Shown here piece after piece: positions 1-9,671 of a stretch of 64,000 bases of DNA. Position 1 is the stretch's first letter. The number at the start of each line of letters is the position of its first letter. The stretch lies in assembly GCA_965207225.1 (NCBI GenBank), contig CBDBLV010000005.1, positions 288,001 to 352,000 of the forward strand, in the 5' to 3' direction. Source of the DNA: Dehalococcoidia bacterium (lineage in GTDB: Bacteria > Chloroflexota > Dehalococcoidia > Plut-88900). Both the position numbers and the translations under genes were made by a program. The notes beneath the pieces are model-generated. The model did not search any database and had not been told where the DNA came from. It saw only the letters and a list, made by a program, of their open reading frames with translations.

Positions 1-289
1 CGGCCCCGGACTCCAGCCCCGACAGCCTGTCCTCCTCCTCCACACGGGCGGTGAGCATAACTATGGGGACCTGGGACTCCTCCCTCACCCTCCAGCACAC
101 GGTCATGCCGTCCAGCTTGGGGAGCATCAGGTCCAGGACGATTAGGTCGGGAGCTTCGTCCAGGGCGAGGCGAAGGCCCTGGGCCCCGTCCGGTGCGGTC
201 AGGACTTCGTGGCCGTCATTGGCCAGGTACAGGCGTGCAAGCTCCGCAGTATTTGGGTCGTCTTCTATGACCAGAATTCTGCTAGGCAT
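1..289 (-). CDS. Response regulator, OmpR-like receiver domain (partial, runs off window)
   Basis: Manual translation MPSRILVIEDDPNTAELARLYL...PDLIVLDLMLPKLDGMTVC...PIVMLTARVEEEDRLSGLESGA; not in ORF track. Confidence 0.9.
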   Translation of the reverse strand, partial: MPSRILVIEDDPNTAELARLYLANDGHEVLTAPDGAQGLRLALDEAPDLIVLDLMLPKLDGMTVCWRVREESQVPIVMLTARVEEEDRLSGLESGA

Positions 290-403
290 GGTAAAAGTGA
301 CAGGGGAGAGATGACAGTGGAGGTGCCGTCATCTCTCCCCCCAGAGTATACACTTGGCTTAGGGTGGCTCCGGCGCCAGGCCTGGCCTGGCAAAGCCGGC
401 CTG

Positions 404-1015
404 TCAGTGGAGACCGCGCTCCGCCCGTTTCCAGCCCCAGCCGCCGTGCTTGCGCCATTCCTTGCCTTTTCTGCTCTCCAGGCGCTCGGCGATGGCGTCA
501 GCCTGCTCCTGGGTTATTCTTCCGCTTTCCACGGCGGCATCCAGCCTCTGCTGCACCTTCTCTTCCCGAATCTCGCCCTTGACCTGGGCAAGAGCGTCTA
601 TGAGCGCCTGGTCTTCCACCCCGATGTTCTCGGCTATTGTGGACAGGAAGCCGGACCGGTCCCGCTGGAACTCACGCTTCTCGAACTTGATGTCGGTTAG
701 CCAGTCGGGGCGTTCGCCGTACCAGCTCGTGAACTCATCGGCCTGCACCCGGGTTATTTCTCCACTTTCGACCAGCTTGTCGAGCCACGCCTGTATCGCT
801 TCCTGTGCATGTTCCTCCCCGGCATCCCTAAACGCGTCGGTCACGGTTTGTTCGTCAATGTCGAGGACCTCCGCGAGCTTCGATTTCACCTCGCCCCGCT
901 CCCCTGCGTCCGCCATTGCCACGCCTCCTACGGCCATCATGGACACCATGATCGCAGTCACCGACATGACCAGCCAAGCCTTCTTCAGTTTCAAGATTCT
1001 CAGCAACTTCTTCAT
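404..1015 (-). CDS. Secreted helical hypothetical protein (YckD/DUF2680-like)
   Basis: Signal peptide; two copies of LDxxVESGxITxxQAD motif. Confidence 0.7.
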   Translation of the reverse strand: MKKLLRILKLKKAWLVMSVTAIMVSMMAVGGVAMADAGERGEVKSKLAEVLDIDEQTVTDAFRDAGEEHAQEAIQAWLDKLVESGEITRVQADEFTSWYGERPDWLTDIKFEKREFQRDRSGFLSTIAENIGVEDQALIDALAQVKGEIREEKVQQRLDAAVESGRITQEQADAIAERLESRKGKEWRKHGGWGWKRAERGLH

Positions 1016-1187
1016 TGCCTCTCCTTTCTCTTTCGCTTTCTATGCGATGCTCTTTGCGTTTTGCCCGGTGCGGCCGGCTATTTACCGTCCGCTTGCTGCC
1101 ACTTTACTCCAGGAATGTCGAGACATTTTCGACGTTTCCGCCGGGTCTCCTACCGTCATGTATAATCCCTCGCGGAGCCCTCCCGAC

Positions 1188-2183
1188 ATGACTTCCACCT
1201 ACAACGGCAACCCCATGAAGGTGCGCATCGGCATTGGCCTCGGGGCTTGGCCCTTCGGCCCGATCACCCCGACCTCAATCTTCGACTTCATAGACCGCTG
1301 CGAAGCCCTGGACATCGACTCCATCTGGCTCAGCGACCGCATCGCCGGACGCGACGATCTCCTGGAACCCGTCACTTTCATGGCCTTCATGGCCTCCCGC
1401 ATGAGGAACATGCTGTTCGGCACTAGCGTCATCGTGTTGCCAGTAAGACACCCCGTCGTTCTCGCCAAGGAGCTTGCCACTCTGGACCTCCTTTCCGGGG
1501 GCCGGCTCCTCCCCGCCGTGGGCATCGGCCCGCCGACCTCCGAGGACTTCCGGGCCACGGGCATCGAGCAGAAGGGCCGGGGCCGCCGCACCGACGAAGC
1601 CATCGGCCTGATGAAACGCCTCTGGACCGAGGACAGCGTCACCTTCCACGGCGAGTACTACTCCATCGAGGACATATCCGTCACGCCCAAGCCCGCCCAA
1701 CCCGAGGGCCCGCCCATCTGGATCGGGGGCCGGTCCCAGGCGGCGTACAAAAGGGCCGGGACCCTGGGCGACGGATGGCTCTCCTCCAGCATCACCGTCG
1801 AGGAGGCCGACGAGGGTGTCCGCTCCATCAAGGCCTATGCCTCCGAGGCTGGCCGGGAGGTTCCCGAGGACCATTTCGGTATCTACCTCCCCTTCCTCTT
1901 CACCGACAACCGGGAGCGTGATCTAGACATTGCCCGGCCCTACCTCCACGGCAGGCCCGACGTCCCCGACGACGCTATTTCGGCAGTCGGGAACCCTGAA
2001 GAAGTCAGGGCCCGGGTCCAGGAGTACATCGACAAGGGCGCCACCAAGTTCGTCATGCGGCCCGCCTGCTCCGGCGCCATGTGGTTCGACCAGCTCGAGA
2101 CCCTCGCCCGGGAGGTCATCCAGCCCATCCAGACCCCCTTTAGCACCCGCGAACGTCAGAAACGGGCCGCAGCAGCCGGTTGA
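1188..2183 (+). CDS. LLM-class flavin-dependent oxidoreductase
   Basis: DSIWLSDR, LATLDLLSGGRL, PPIWIGG; start trimmed from ORF 450; TATAAT at 1161. Confidence 0.9.
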   Translation: MTSTYNGNPMKVRIGIGLGAWPFGPITPTSIFDFIDRCEALDIDSIWLSDRIAGRDDLLEPVTFMAFMASRMRNMLFGTSVIVLPVRHPVVLAKELATLDLLSGGRLLPAVGIGPPTSEDFRATGIEQKGRGRRTDEAIGLMKRLWTEDSVTFHGEYYSIEDISVTPKPAQPEGPPIWIGGRSQAAYKRAGTLGDGWLSSSITVEEADEGVRSIKAYASEAGREVPEDHFGIYLPFLFTDNRERDLDIARPYLHGRPDVPDDAISAVGNPEEVRARVQEYIDKGATKFVMRPACSGAMWFDQLETLAREVIQPIQTPFSTRERQKRAAAAG

Positions 2184-2202
2184 CCCCCAACATGCCCCTT
2201 CC

Positions 2203-2232
2203 CGTAATTCCCGACTCCGATCGGGAATCCAT
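2203..2232. repeat. REP-like palindrome ATTCCCG..CGGGAAT (related copies near 11500, 12861, 47866)
   Basis: AATTCCCGACTCCGATCGGGAATCC; CATTCCGATGCCCCGCGAGGAATCTGG occurs twice. Confidence 0.6.
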
Positions 2233-2242
2233 CCTCGGATGT

Positions 2243-2282
2243 GGGGCCGCTCGTGCTGAGGCTCTCGAAGTATGAGCGGGGG
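2243..2282. repeat. REP-like repeat GGGGCCGCTCGTGCTGAGGCTCTCGAAGTATGAGCGG (copies 3251-3290, 9618-9657; variants ~3438, ~8882, ~11908, ~29998)
   Basis: Near-identical intergenic copies with CCGCTC/GAGCGG terminal stem. Confidence 0.8.
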
Positions 2283-2413
2283 CCTGGCCCACACCCTTCC
2301 AATCTGTCGCGTCCCTCCCAGCCTACACCCCCTTCCCCTTCCATCGGAATCCCGTAAACTAAGCTAGGATTTAGACAAACTCGGGCCCGAAGCCCGACAC
2401 CCGGAGGTACACC

Positions 2414-3241
2414 TTGCCCTACGAAAACGTGCTCTACGAGACCGACGGCCGAGTCGCCACCATCACCATGAACCGCCCCGACAAGCTCAATGCCCTCAGC
2501 GAGGGCTTGATAGACGACATCGTCGCTGCTGCAGAGGAAGCGGAAGCCGACAACGAGGTCCGCTCCATCATCCTCAGGGCGGCGGGTCGGGCCTTTTCCG
2601 CCGGCTACGACATCTCGCCCGGCGCCCATGGCGACGGCTCCGACGACCTCTACACCGAGCTAATGCGCTTCCGCAAGACCAACACGCAGTGGGGCAAGCT
2701 CTGGAACCTCTCCAAGCCCATCATCGCCCAGGTCCACGGCTACTGCCTCGCCGGCGCCACCGACCTCGCCACCAACTGCGACATGATCATCGCCTCCGAG
2801 GACGCCGTCTTCGGCCTCCCCGACGTCCGGGGCATCGAGTCCGTCGAAAACCACATGTGGACCTACCTGGTCGGGCCCCAGTGGGCCAAGCGCATGATGA
2901 TGACCGGCGACCCCATAGACGGCAAGACCGCCGAGCGCATCGGCCTTATCATGCAGGCCGTCCCCGCCGACCAGCTGGAATCCGAGGCCCGTCGCCTCGC
3001 AGAGCGCATGGCCAACATCCCGCTGGAGCTACTCGCTCCTCACAAGTCGCTGATCAACAAGGTCATGGGCCTCATGGGGCACGCCGTAGCTCAGCAGATG
3101 GCCTTCGACACCGTCTCCATCACCCACTACTCCCACGCCCGTCGCAACTTCAGCGAGACAGCCGAAAAAGAAGGCCTCCGCGCCGCCCTCCTCAAGCGTG
3201 ACGGCCCCTTCGGAGACTACACCGCCCGCCCGAAGAAGTAG
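2414..3241 (+). CDS. Enoyl-CoA hydratase/crotonase family protein
   Basis: ITMNRPDKLNAL, FSAGYDI, KPIIAQVHGYCLAG; GGAGG SD before TTG. Confidence 0.9.
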   Translation: MPYENVLYETDGRVATITMNRPDKLNALSEGLIDDIVAAAEEAEADNEVRSIILRAAGRAFSAGYDISPGAHGDGSDDLYTELMRFRKTNTQWGKLWNLSKPIIAQVHGYCLAGATDLATNCDMIIASEDAVFGLPDVRGIESVENHMWTYLVGPQWAKRMMMTGDPIDGKTAERIGLIMQAVPADQLESEARRLAERMANIPLELLAPHKSLINKVMGLMGHAVAQQMAFDTVSITHYSHARRNFSETAEKEGLRAALLKRDGPFGDYTARPKK

Positions 3242-3306
3242 GAGTTTGGAGGGGCCGCTCGTGCTGAGGCCCTCGAAGTATGAGTGCGGCCATATCCCCT
3301 TTCCCT

Positions 3307-3417
3307 GAGTATTAACTAGAGGGCCGTCGGTTGCCACGCAACCGACGGCCCTCTGTTATTCTCTCCCCCTCTCCCTTACAGGCCCTAAGGGAGAGGGGGA
3401 TCAAGGGGGTGAGGGTT
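3307..3417 (+). repeat. Composite repeat: AACT-AGAG variable hairpin CTCT-G + CCCCTCTCCC/GGGAGAGGGG REP (copy A)
   Basis: 17-bp perfect stem 3318-3354; same flanks at 23786, 23930, 26890, 27895, degenerate at 12911. Confidence 0.85.
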
Positions 3418-3486
3418 TCTCTCCTTGGGTGGGACGACCGCTCATGCTGAGCGTAGTCAAGAATGGGGGGGGTGGGGCAAGAAAAG

Positions 3487-3873
3487 CTAGACGCGAGACA
3501 GGGTCTCCGCGTCCTGGATGAAATCCTCGGTCTCGTGAATGAGCAGCTCGATGGCGTCTACCGGCTCGCACCAGCCGGTGTAGAAACAATCGCCGTGAAG
3601 AGCGCTCTGTCGAGTGAAGTAGCGGTCACGCAGGCTAGAGATTTCGGGGTTGTTCCTGGCCAGTTTGAGCAGTGATCGGGTCGTATCCGGAGACTTGGGC
3701 GGCAGTTGTCCCGTACGGGCAAGCACCAAACCGTCAGCCGCGCGCTTGGCGGCGCACCAAGCTTTTTCCGCAGCATCCCGTATGTCTCCCGCTGCAAGGC
3801 TCTCCAGGGAGGCTTTGTGCATGCGACGGGCGCCGCCGAAGATAGGGGTGGCGTCAGCTGCAGTGGTGGTCAT
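3487..3873 (-). CDS. PaREP1 / HEPN-like protein
   Basis: GDIRDAAEKAWCAA...ALHGDCFY resembles PaREP1 signature. Confidence 0.7.
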   Translation of the reverse strand: MTTTAADATPIFGGARRMHKASLESLAAGDIRDAAEKAWCAAKRAADGLVLARTGQLPPKSPDTTRSLLKLARNNPEISSLRDRYFTRQSALHGDCFYTGWCEPVDAIELLIHETEDFIQDAETLSRV

Positions 3874-4087
3874 TGGCTTTTCCTCTGAAGCAATGATATC
3901 ATGACGCAAGAGAGTTATACAGGGGCCCTCGCACAGTATCGCTCACCCACTCCGATCCCCCCGTGACCACACCCCCCGACTCGAGACGCAACCCTGAATA
4001 ACCCCTAACCCTTTCGTCCCTTTTCGAAGAACCACCGGCAATGCGGTGTGTTGTCCGTGTTTTCGCTTTTCCTCGGGAGCAGGACCC

Positions 4088-4723
4088 ATGACCAATTGGA
4101 AGGCGGCCCTCGGCCTAATCCTCGCCCTCGCCGGCGCCCTCGTCATCGTGGGGTGTGGGGAAGAAATAGACCCCGCCTATCCCTGCGGGCAGGACGCATT
4201 GCTACACGCACAACATGTCCGTGAGGTGCTCAGAGAGAATATACGTTTGTTTAAGCGTCAGCCGGGCTTCCGACGCGCGATGGAACATTTCTATAGGGAC
4301 GAGGAAGGGTACTGGGGTGACGAATACGGAATCGTTCTCTGGGTAGAGGAGCACGTAGACCAGGGCACGCTGCCTTCAGAGGATCGAGTTCCCAACCAGA
4401 TCGAGGGTGTGCGTATATATTTTGATGTAGGTGCTGAAAACTACGAGTTCAGCCTAATAGAGGGAGTTCAATACAGCAAAGCTGAATTTCAGTATGCTGA
4501 TGCGGTACGCACCAAACATTCCGATCTTTTGTGGGGACAACCGAACCAATTCGGCGGTATCGGTATCGGCACTCTGCATCCCGGGGAGCCCCTTTCGGTG
4601 GACCTAGGTATTGGCGTTACCAAGAAAGTGAGACAGAGCTTACTCCCCCCCGCCGACCGAATACCGAGCTGCCTGGATGGTATACCAGTCAGCATTTATG
4701 AAACAGATTCCGACTCTCAATAA
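4088..4723 (+). CDS. Lipoprotein with two tandem ~80-aa modules
   Basis: Lipobox LVIVGC; repeats ending LPSEDRVPNQIEGVRI and LPPADRIPSCLDGIPV. Confidence 0.7.
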   Translation: MTNWKAALGLILALAGALVIVGCGEEIDPAYPCGQDALLHAQHVREVLRENIRLFKRQPGFRRAMEHFYRDEEGYWGDEYGIVLWVEEHVDQGTLPSEDRVPNQIEGVRIYFDVGAENYEFSLIEGVQYSKAEFQYADAVRTKHSDLLWGQPNQFGGIGIGTLHPGEPLSVDLGIGVTKKVRQSLLPPADRIPSCLDGIPVSIYETDSDSQ

Positions 4724-4903
4724 CGCTACAATAGGTTCCTGACGTTTAGCATTAAGATAGGATGACCCCCCACCCCCAATTCCTGCTAAAATATCTCATG
4801 GGCATAGCACCCGACCCCTCGTTGACTTACCCCCTTCCGGTTGCTATATTTCCCCGAATTCCCTCTCAGGCCGTGGTCTAGGCTAACCAAAATCGGAGGC
4901 TGA

Positions 4904-6058
4904 ATGTACCTTCCCAGGATCAAGGAATTGCGAAGGGCCTACGGATTTGAAGAAGTAGCAATCGTCCCGGGGGAGGTAACAATAAACCCCGAGCTCGCCA
5001 ACACCACCTTCTCCCTCGGCCAGCACACCTTCCCCGTCCCCTTCATAGCCTCCGCCATGGACGGCGTCGTCGACCCCGCGATGGCCGTCAAGATGCACGA
5101 GCTCGGGGGCCTCGGCGTGCTCAACATCGAGGGTGTCCACGGCCGCTACGAAAACCCCGACGACATCCTTGAGCAGATCTCCAACGCCTCCAACGACGAG
5201 ATCACCCCCCTCTTCCAGAAAATCTACTCGACGCCCATAAACGATCAGGCCATCGCCGCCTGCATCTCCCGCATCAAGGACGGAGGCGCCACCTGCGCCA
5301 TCTCCGTCACCCCCCAGAACACCAAGCGGGTCGCCCCCATAGCCGTCGAGGCTGGCGCCGACATCCTGGTAGTCCAGTCAACCGTCACCACCGCCCGACA
5401 CGTCTCCCGCAGCTACAAGGGCCTCATCTTCCAGGAGCTCTGCCAGCAGGTCCCGATACCCGTGGTCGTCGGCAACTCCGTCGGGTTCAACACTGCGTTG
5501 GAGCTTATGGAGACCGGCATTTCGGGCCTGCTGGTGGGTGTCGGGCCCGGGGCCGCCTGCACCAGCCGCGAAGTGCTGGGCATCGGCGTGCCGCAGATTA
5601 CTGCCACCCTGGAATGCGCCGCCGCCCGGGAAGAGTACGTCCGACGCACGGGCCGGGACGTCGCCATCATCACCGACGGCGGTCTCCGCACCGGCGGTGA
5701 CATCTGCAAGGCCATCGCCTCAGGCGCCGACGCCATTATGCTAGGCACCCCTCTCGCCCAAGCCTTCGAGGCCCCCGGCCGAGGCTACAACTGGGGCATG
5801 GCCAGCCCCCACCCCGACCTCCCCAGGGGCACGCGCATAAAGGTCGGGACCCGGGCCTCGCTCAAGGAGATCCTCCTCGGCCCCTCCTCCGTCGCAGACG
5901 GCACCATGAACCTGGTCGGGGCCCTGCGCACGGCCATGGGTATGTGCGGCGCCCTCACCATCAAGGACATGCACCAGGCCGAGATGATCATTGCCCCCTC
6001 CATCAAGACCGAGGGCAAGGTCTTCCAGATGGCGCAAAGGGCCAACTCCCACAACTAG
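4904..6058 (+). CDS. guaB3: GuaB3-family IMP dehydrogenase-related protein
   Basis: RRAYGFEEVAIVPG, VGVGPGAACTSREVLGIGVPQ. Confidence 0.9.
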   Translation: MYLPRIKELRRAYGFEEVAIVPGEVTINPELANTTFSLGQHTFPVPFIASAMDGVVDPAMAVKMHELGGLGVLNIEGVHGRYENPDDILEQISNASNDEITPLFQKIYSTPINDQAIAACISRIKDGGATCAISVTPQNTKRVAPIAVEAGADILVVQSTVTTARHVSRSYKGLIFQELCQQVPIPVVVGNSVGFNTALELMETGISGLLVGVGPGAACTSREVLGIGVPQITATLECAAAREEYVRRTGRDVAIITDGGLRTGGDICKAIASGADAIMLGTPLAQAFEAPGRGYNWGMASPHPDLPRGTRIKVGTRASLKEILLGPSSVADGTMNLVGALRTAMGMCGALTIKDMHQAEMIIAPSIKTEGKVFQMAQRANSHN

Positions 6059-6273
6059 CCCTTACCCCGGGAGGCGATTTCCTCCCCCCTTGACGAGGCC
6101 TTTGCATAACCCGGTGCTCGGTTGCTCCGAGATTATTCGAGGCCACTGCTCTAGGCCCGGGGCAGAACCCGCGATCTACGCTTTGTGCCCGGCATAATGC
6201 CTACACCCGCGTTGCGGCGGGAACGAGGGGCCCATTCGGTTGGCAGACTCGGCTTGAGTGTTCTTGGGGTACT

Positions 6274-7662
6274 ATGGTAGCCATGAGCAGCAATTCACTG
6301 AAAATAGAGGGCGCCAAGTTTGTAATCACCCTGGACCCGGAGCGGCGCATCATTCAGGACGGTTCGATTGTCGTCGAAGGACAACGGATCACACACGTGG
6401 GCAAGGCCGCCGACCTGGCTTCGGTCTCGGCTCAGCGGGTGATAGACGGATCGGAGATGGTGGTCACCCCGGGGTTTTGCAACGGTCACATGCACATCAG
6501 CTACGCCCACGCCACCCGGGGCATCTTCCCCGACGACCTGGGAGCCGCTTACCTGCCCAATGTTTTCAAACTGCAGGGGGCCCTGACCGCCGAGGAGGAG
6601 TATTACGTCTCCTTGCTGGCTATCACCGAGCTGCTGAAGTACGGGACTACCTGCTTTCTCGACCCAGGGAGTACCAAGTTTCTGGACTCCTGCATTCGGG
6701 CCTACGAGGAGTCAGGCTGTAGGATCATCATTGGCTGGCACGTGGTCGACCGGCCCAACCCGGTAAACATTCCCCAGTCCACCACCGCCGACGCCATTGG
6801 GACGATGGAGTCGATAGTGCAGCAGTATGACCACAGCTTGGAGGGCCGCGTGCGGGCCTGGGCCATGCCCTTTTCTGCCGCCTTTTCCAGCCGGGAACTG
6901 CTTGTGGGGGCGAAGGACATCTCGGAACGGTACAATACGGGGCTGACGCTCCACTGCAGCAGCGACGACCAGGCGGTGGCCGCCAGCCTGCGGGATTACG
7001 GCAGGCGTCCCACCGAGTACCTGGAGGACATCGGCTTTCTGGGGCCGAATACCCTGCTGGCCCATGTTCTGGGCCTTGACGAAGCCGAAGTAGACTGCAT
7101 GGCCCGGACGGCAACCAAGGCCGTAATGTGTCCCACGGCAGCGATCAAAAGCGGCTCGGGCATGACCCGGGAGGGGATGCTGCCGGAGATGCTGGAAAAG
7201 GGCGTTACGGTGGGCTTGGGGACCGATGCCGGAAACAACTCTAACCTGGTAGAAACGATGCGGTCGATGTACTTGGCGGCGGTCTTGTACAAGGACGGTC
7301 GACAGGACGTTGGCATGATTCCAGCCGAGACGGCCCTGGAGATGGCAACCCTTTCCGGGGCACGCGCGTTGGGGTTGGGCGACGACATCGGCTCCATCGA
7401 GGCGGGGAAAAAGGCCGACTTGGTGATGTTCGATACCAGGCGGCCGGAATGGCGGACCATTTTCAACCCGGTCAACAACCTGGTATACAACGCCGACGGC
7501 CGCAGCGTTCACACCGTGATCGTCGACGGCCGGGTGGTGGTGGAAGACCATCTGCCACTGTTCGTTGACCAGTGGGAACTAATTCAACGAGTGCAGGCCA
7601 TTGGGCAGGACCTGATGGCCAGGACGGGAGTCAACTTCCCGTCCCGGTGGCCCATCGTTTGA
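6274..7662 (+). CDS. Metal-dependent amidohydrolase (SAH/MTA deaminase-like)
   Basis: PGFCNGHMH, GLGTD, GSIEAGKKADLV. Confidence 0.9.
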   Translation: MVAMSSNSLKIEGAKFVITLDPERRIIQDGSIVVEGQRITHVGKAADLASVSAQRVIDGSEMVVTPGFCNGHMHISYAHATRGIFPDDLGAAYLPNVFKLQGALTAEEEYYVSLLAITELLKYGTTCFLDPGSTKFLDSCIRAYEESGCRIIIGWHVVDRPNPVNIPQSTTADAIGTMESIVQQYDHSLEGRVRAWAMPFSAAFSSRELLVGAKDISERYNTGLTLHCSSDDQAVAASLRDYGRRPTEYLEDIGFLGPNTLLAHVLGLDEAEVDCMARTATKAVMCPTAAIKSGSGMTREGMLPEMLEKGVTVGLGTDAGNNSNLVETMRSMYLAAVLYKDGRQDVGMIPAETALEMATLSGARALGLGDDIGSIEAGKKADLVMFDTRRPEWRTIFNPVNNLVYNADGRSVHTVIVDGRVVVEDHLPLFVDQWELIQRVQAIGQDLMARTGVNFPSRWPIV

Positions 7663-7677
7663 TGTTAAGGAGGGAAC

Positions 7678-8664
7678 ATGGCAGCAAAGGTTAAGTTCGG
7701 CCTTACTCTGTCCAACCGGGGCATCCTACTGGGTCTGACCCAAGCGGAGGACATCCTGGAAATGGCCGAAAGCGCCGACACCTCAGGCGCCTTCGCTCAC
7801 GTATGGGTCGGCGACTCCATCATGGCCAAGCCGCGGTTGGAGTCCATCACCACCATGGCAGCCATCGCTGCCCGCACCAGGAGCGTGGATATAGGGGTGG
7901 CCTGTATGGCCAGCTTCCCTTCTCGCGACCCCATCATCCTTGCCTACCAGTGGGCCAGCCTGGATCTTATCTCCAACGGGCGGATGGTACTTGGGGCCTG
8001 TATGGGCGGCAGGATAGACGAGCAGGACCACCGCACCGAATACCGCAACATGGGAATCCAGGCATACAACCGGGCCCAGCGTATGGAGGAGAATATCGTC
8101 CTGTTGCGCAAGCTCTGGACCGAAGACCGGGTCAGCTACGAAGGCGCCTTTCACAAAGTGGAGAACGCCTTTATAGAGCCCAAGCCGGTGCAGGAGCCGC
8201 CCCCCATCTGGGTGATAAGCAACCCCAGGCTGTCGGTGGGGAAGCCTCACATCATCGAACGTTCGCTGAGGAGGGTGGCCAGGATGGGAGACGGGTGGAT
8301 GACCACCGCCAATCCGGCCCCCGAATTCGCCGAGCTTAGGCGCCGGGTGCTGGAGTATGCCGGGGACTACGATCGCAGCTTCGACGACCTACCCTGCTGC
8401 CTGTACTACAACATCAACATAAACGAGGATAGGGAAGCGGCCTTCCAGGAGTCGAAGAGGTACCTGGACCAGTACTACTCGGTAAACTACACCCGGGAGG
8501 CAGTGGAAAACTGGGTGGCTTTAGGCACCCCGGAGCAGTGCATAGACCAGCTACAGACCTACGTCGACGCGGGAGCTACGGACATACTGCTGAGGTTTCC
8601 GTCGTGGGACCAGCAGGGCCAGTTCCGGCGGTGCGTGGAAGAGGTGCTGCCGGCCTTCGCCTGA
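7678..8664 (+). CDS. LLM-class flavin-dependent oxidoreductase
   Basis: HVWVGDS, WASLDLISNGR, PPPIW. Confidence 0.9.
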   Translation: MAAKVKFGLTLSNRGILLGLTQAEDILEMAESADTSGAFAHVWVGDSIMAKPRLESITTMAAIAARTRSVDIGVACMASFPSRDPIILAYQWASLDLISNGRMVLGACMGGRIDEQDHRTEYRNMGIQAYNRAQRMEENIVLLRKLWTEDRVSYEGAFHKVENAFIEPKPVQEPPPIWVISNPRLSVGKPHIIERSLRRVARMGDGWMTTANPAPEFAELRRRVLEYAGDYDRSFDDLPCCLYYNININEDREAAFQESKRYLDQYYSVNYTREAVENWVALGTPEQCIDQLQTYVDAGATDILLRFPSWDQQGQFRRCVEEVLPAFA

Positions 8665-8686
8665 ACGCAACCCACGTGGTCAATAC

Positions 8687-8722
8687 GAGGGCCCAGCGGT
8701 ATCACGCCGCCGGGCCCTTTTT
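8687..8722 (+). terminator. Rho-independent terminator
   Basis: AGGGCCCAGCGG-loop-CCGCCGGGCCCT followed by T run, after LLM stop. Confidence 0.75.
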
Positions 8723-8753
8723 GTGTCTGATTCCCAGGGGTACCGTCCGGCTA

Positions 8754-8882
8754 TTACTCGGGCAGCCACATGACGCTGGAAATCTCGCTGAACTTCCGCC
8801 AGACCCTGGTCCAAGAATCGCCATCGTCGTCGCTGCGGTACAGGTATCCCTAGCGGCTGCCGGCGAACACTATGCTGGGGTC
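8754..8882 (-). pseudogene. 3' remnant of BNR/Asp-box beta-propeller gene
   Basis: DPSIVFAGSR*GYLYRSDDDGDSWTRVWRKFSEISSVMWLPE*; Asp-box SxDxGxxW; internal TAG. Confidence 0.7.
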
Positions 8883-9022
8883 GCTTACCCTGAGGTCGCT
8901 CGAAGAGCCTGCCCCTGCGAAGGCAAGGGGTCGAGCGGGGGGTGACGACCCCGCATGCAGCAGACGCACTCCACCCCCCCAATCCGCTAAACTACCCCCG
9001 ACACCACACAGGGAGACACCCC

Positions 9023-9514
9023 ATGCGACAAAGACTCCTCCAGGGCGACCGCTTCCCCAAGATCACCCTCAACCTCACTAACGGCGCCACCATCACCCTC
9101 CCCGACCAGGCCCCAGGCCGCTACTTCGCCCTCCTCTTCTACCGAGGAGAGTGGTGACCCTACTGCCGGGTGCAGTTGGCAGCCTACCAGGAAAAAATAG
9201 CCGAGTTGGATGAGCTTGGCGTCTACGTCATCGGTGGGACCATCGAGGACCGGGAGACCGCCGCCCGGATGGGCCGGGAGGAGGGCATCACCTTCCCCAT
9301 AGCCTACGGCGTCACCCCCGAGAGCGTTGGGGCACTCTACCCGCTGTGGGGCGAGGAAAAAGGTTACGGCAAATGCGTCGAACCCATGGAGTTCCTCGTG
9401 CGCAAGGGTTTCGTAATCGGCTCAATGTACGCCTCGGGGCCCGTGGGCCGGATGGACGTCAACCAGCTAGTCCACTTCATCAAGCAACGGGAGAGGTCTC
9501 GGGCGAAGGTGTGA
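9023..9514 (+). CDS. Peroxiredoxin/AhpC-like selenoprotein (UxxC), in-frame TGA at 9155-9157
   Basis: LLFYRGEW-TGA-PYCRVQL joins ORFs 8942-9157 and 9170-9514 in frame. Confidence 0.85.
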
Positions 9515-9586
9515 CCCCTCCCCTTCCGCCATTTTAGCCTCTCGAACCGGAATTCATCATCGTAGCAAAGCCGGGTTCAGTTCCAC

Positions 9587-9612
9587 GTAGGGGCGACCGG
9601 CGGGTCGCCCTG
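9587..9612. repeat. GTAG-family REP (second copy ~27346-27369)
   Basis: GTAGGGGCGACCGGCGGGTCGCCCT. Confidence 0.7.
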
Positions 9613-9671
9613 GGGGCGGGGCCGCTCGTGTGAGGCTCTCGAAGTATGAGCGGGGGGGCTCCCCGATAAGC

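Noticed and set aside
450-1187. N-terminal extension of the LLM ORF (577 aa)
   Set aside because: It is the antisense shadow of the 404-1015 gene; LLM homology begins near 1215.
6060-6270. Purine/ZTP riboswitch before the amidohydrolase
   Set aside because: Only short generic hairpins; no conserved aptamer motifs recognised.
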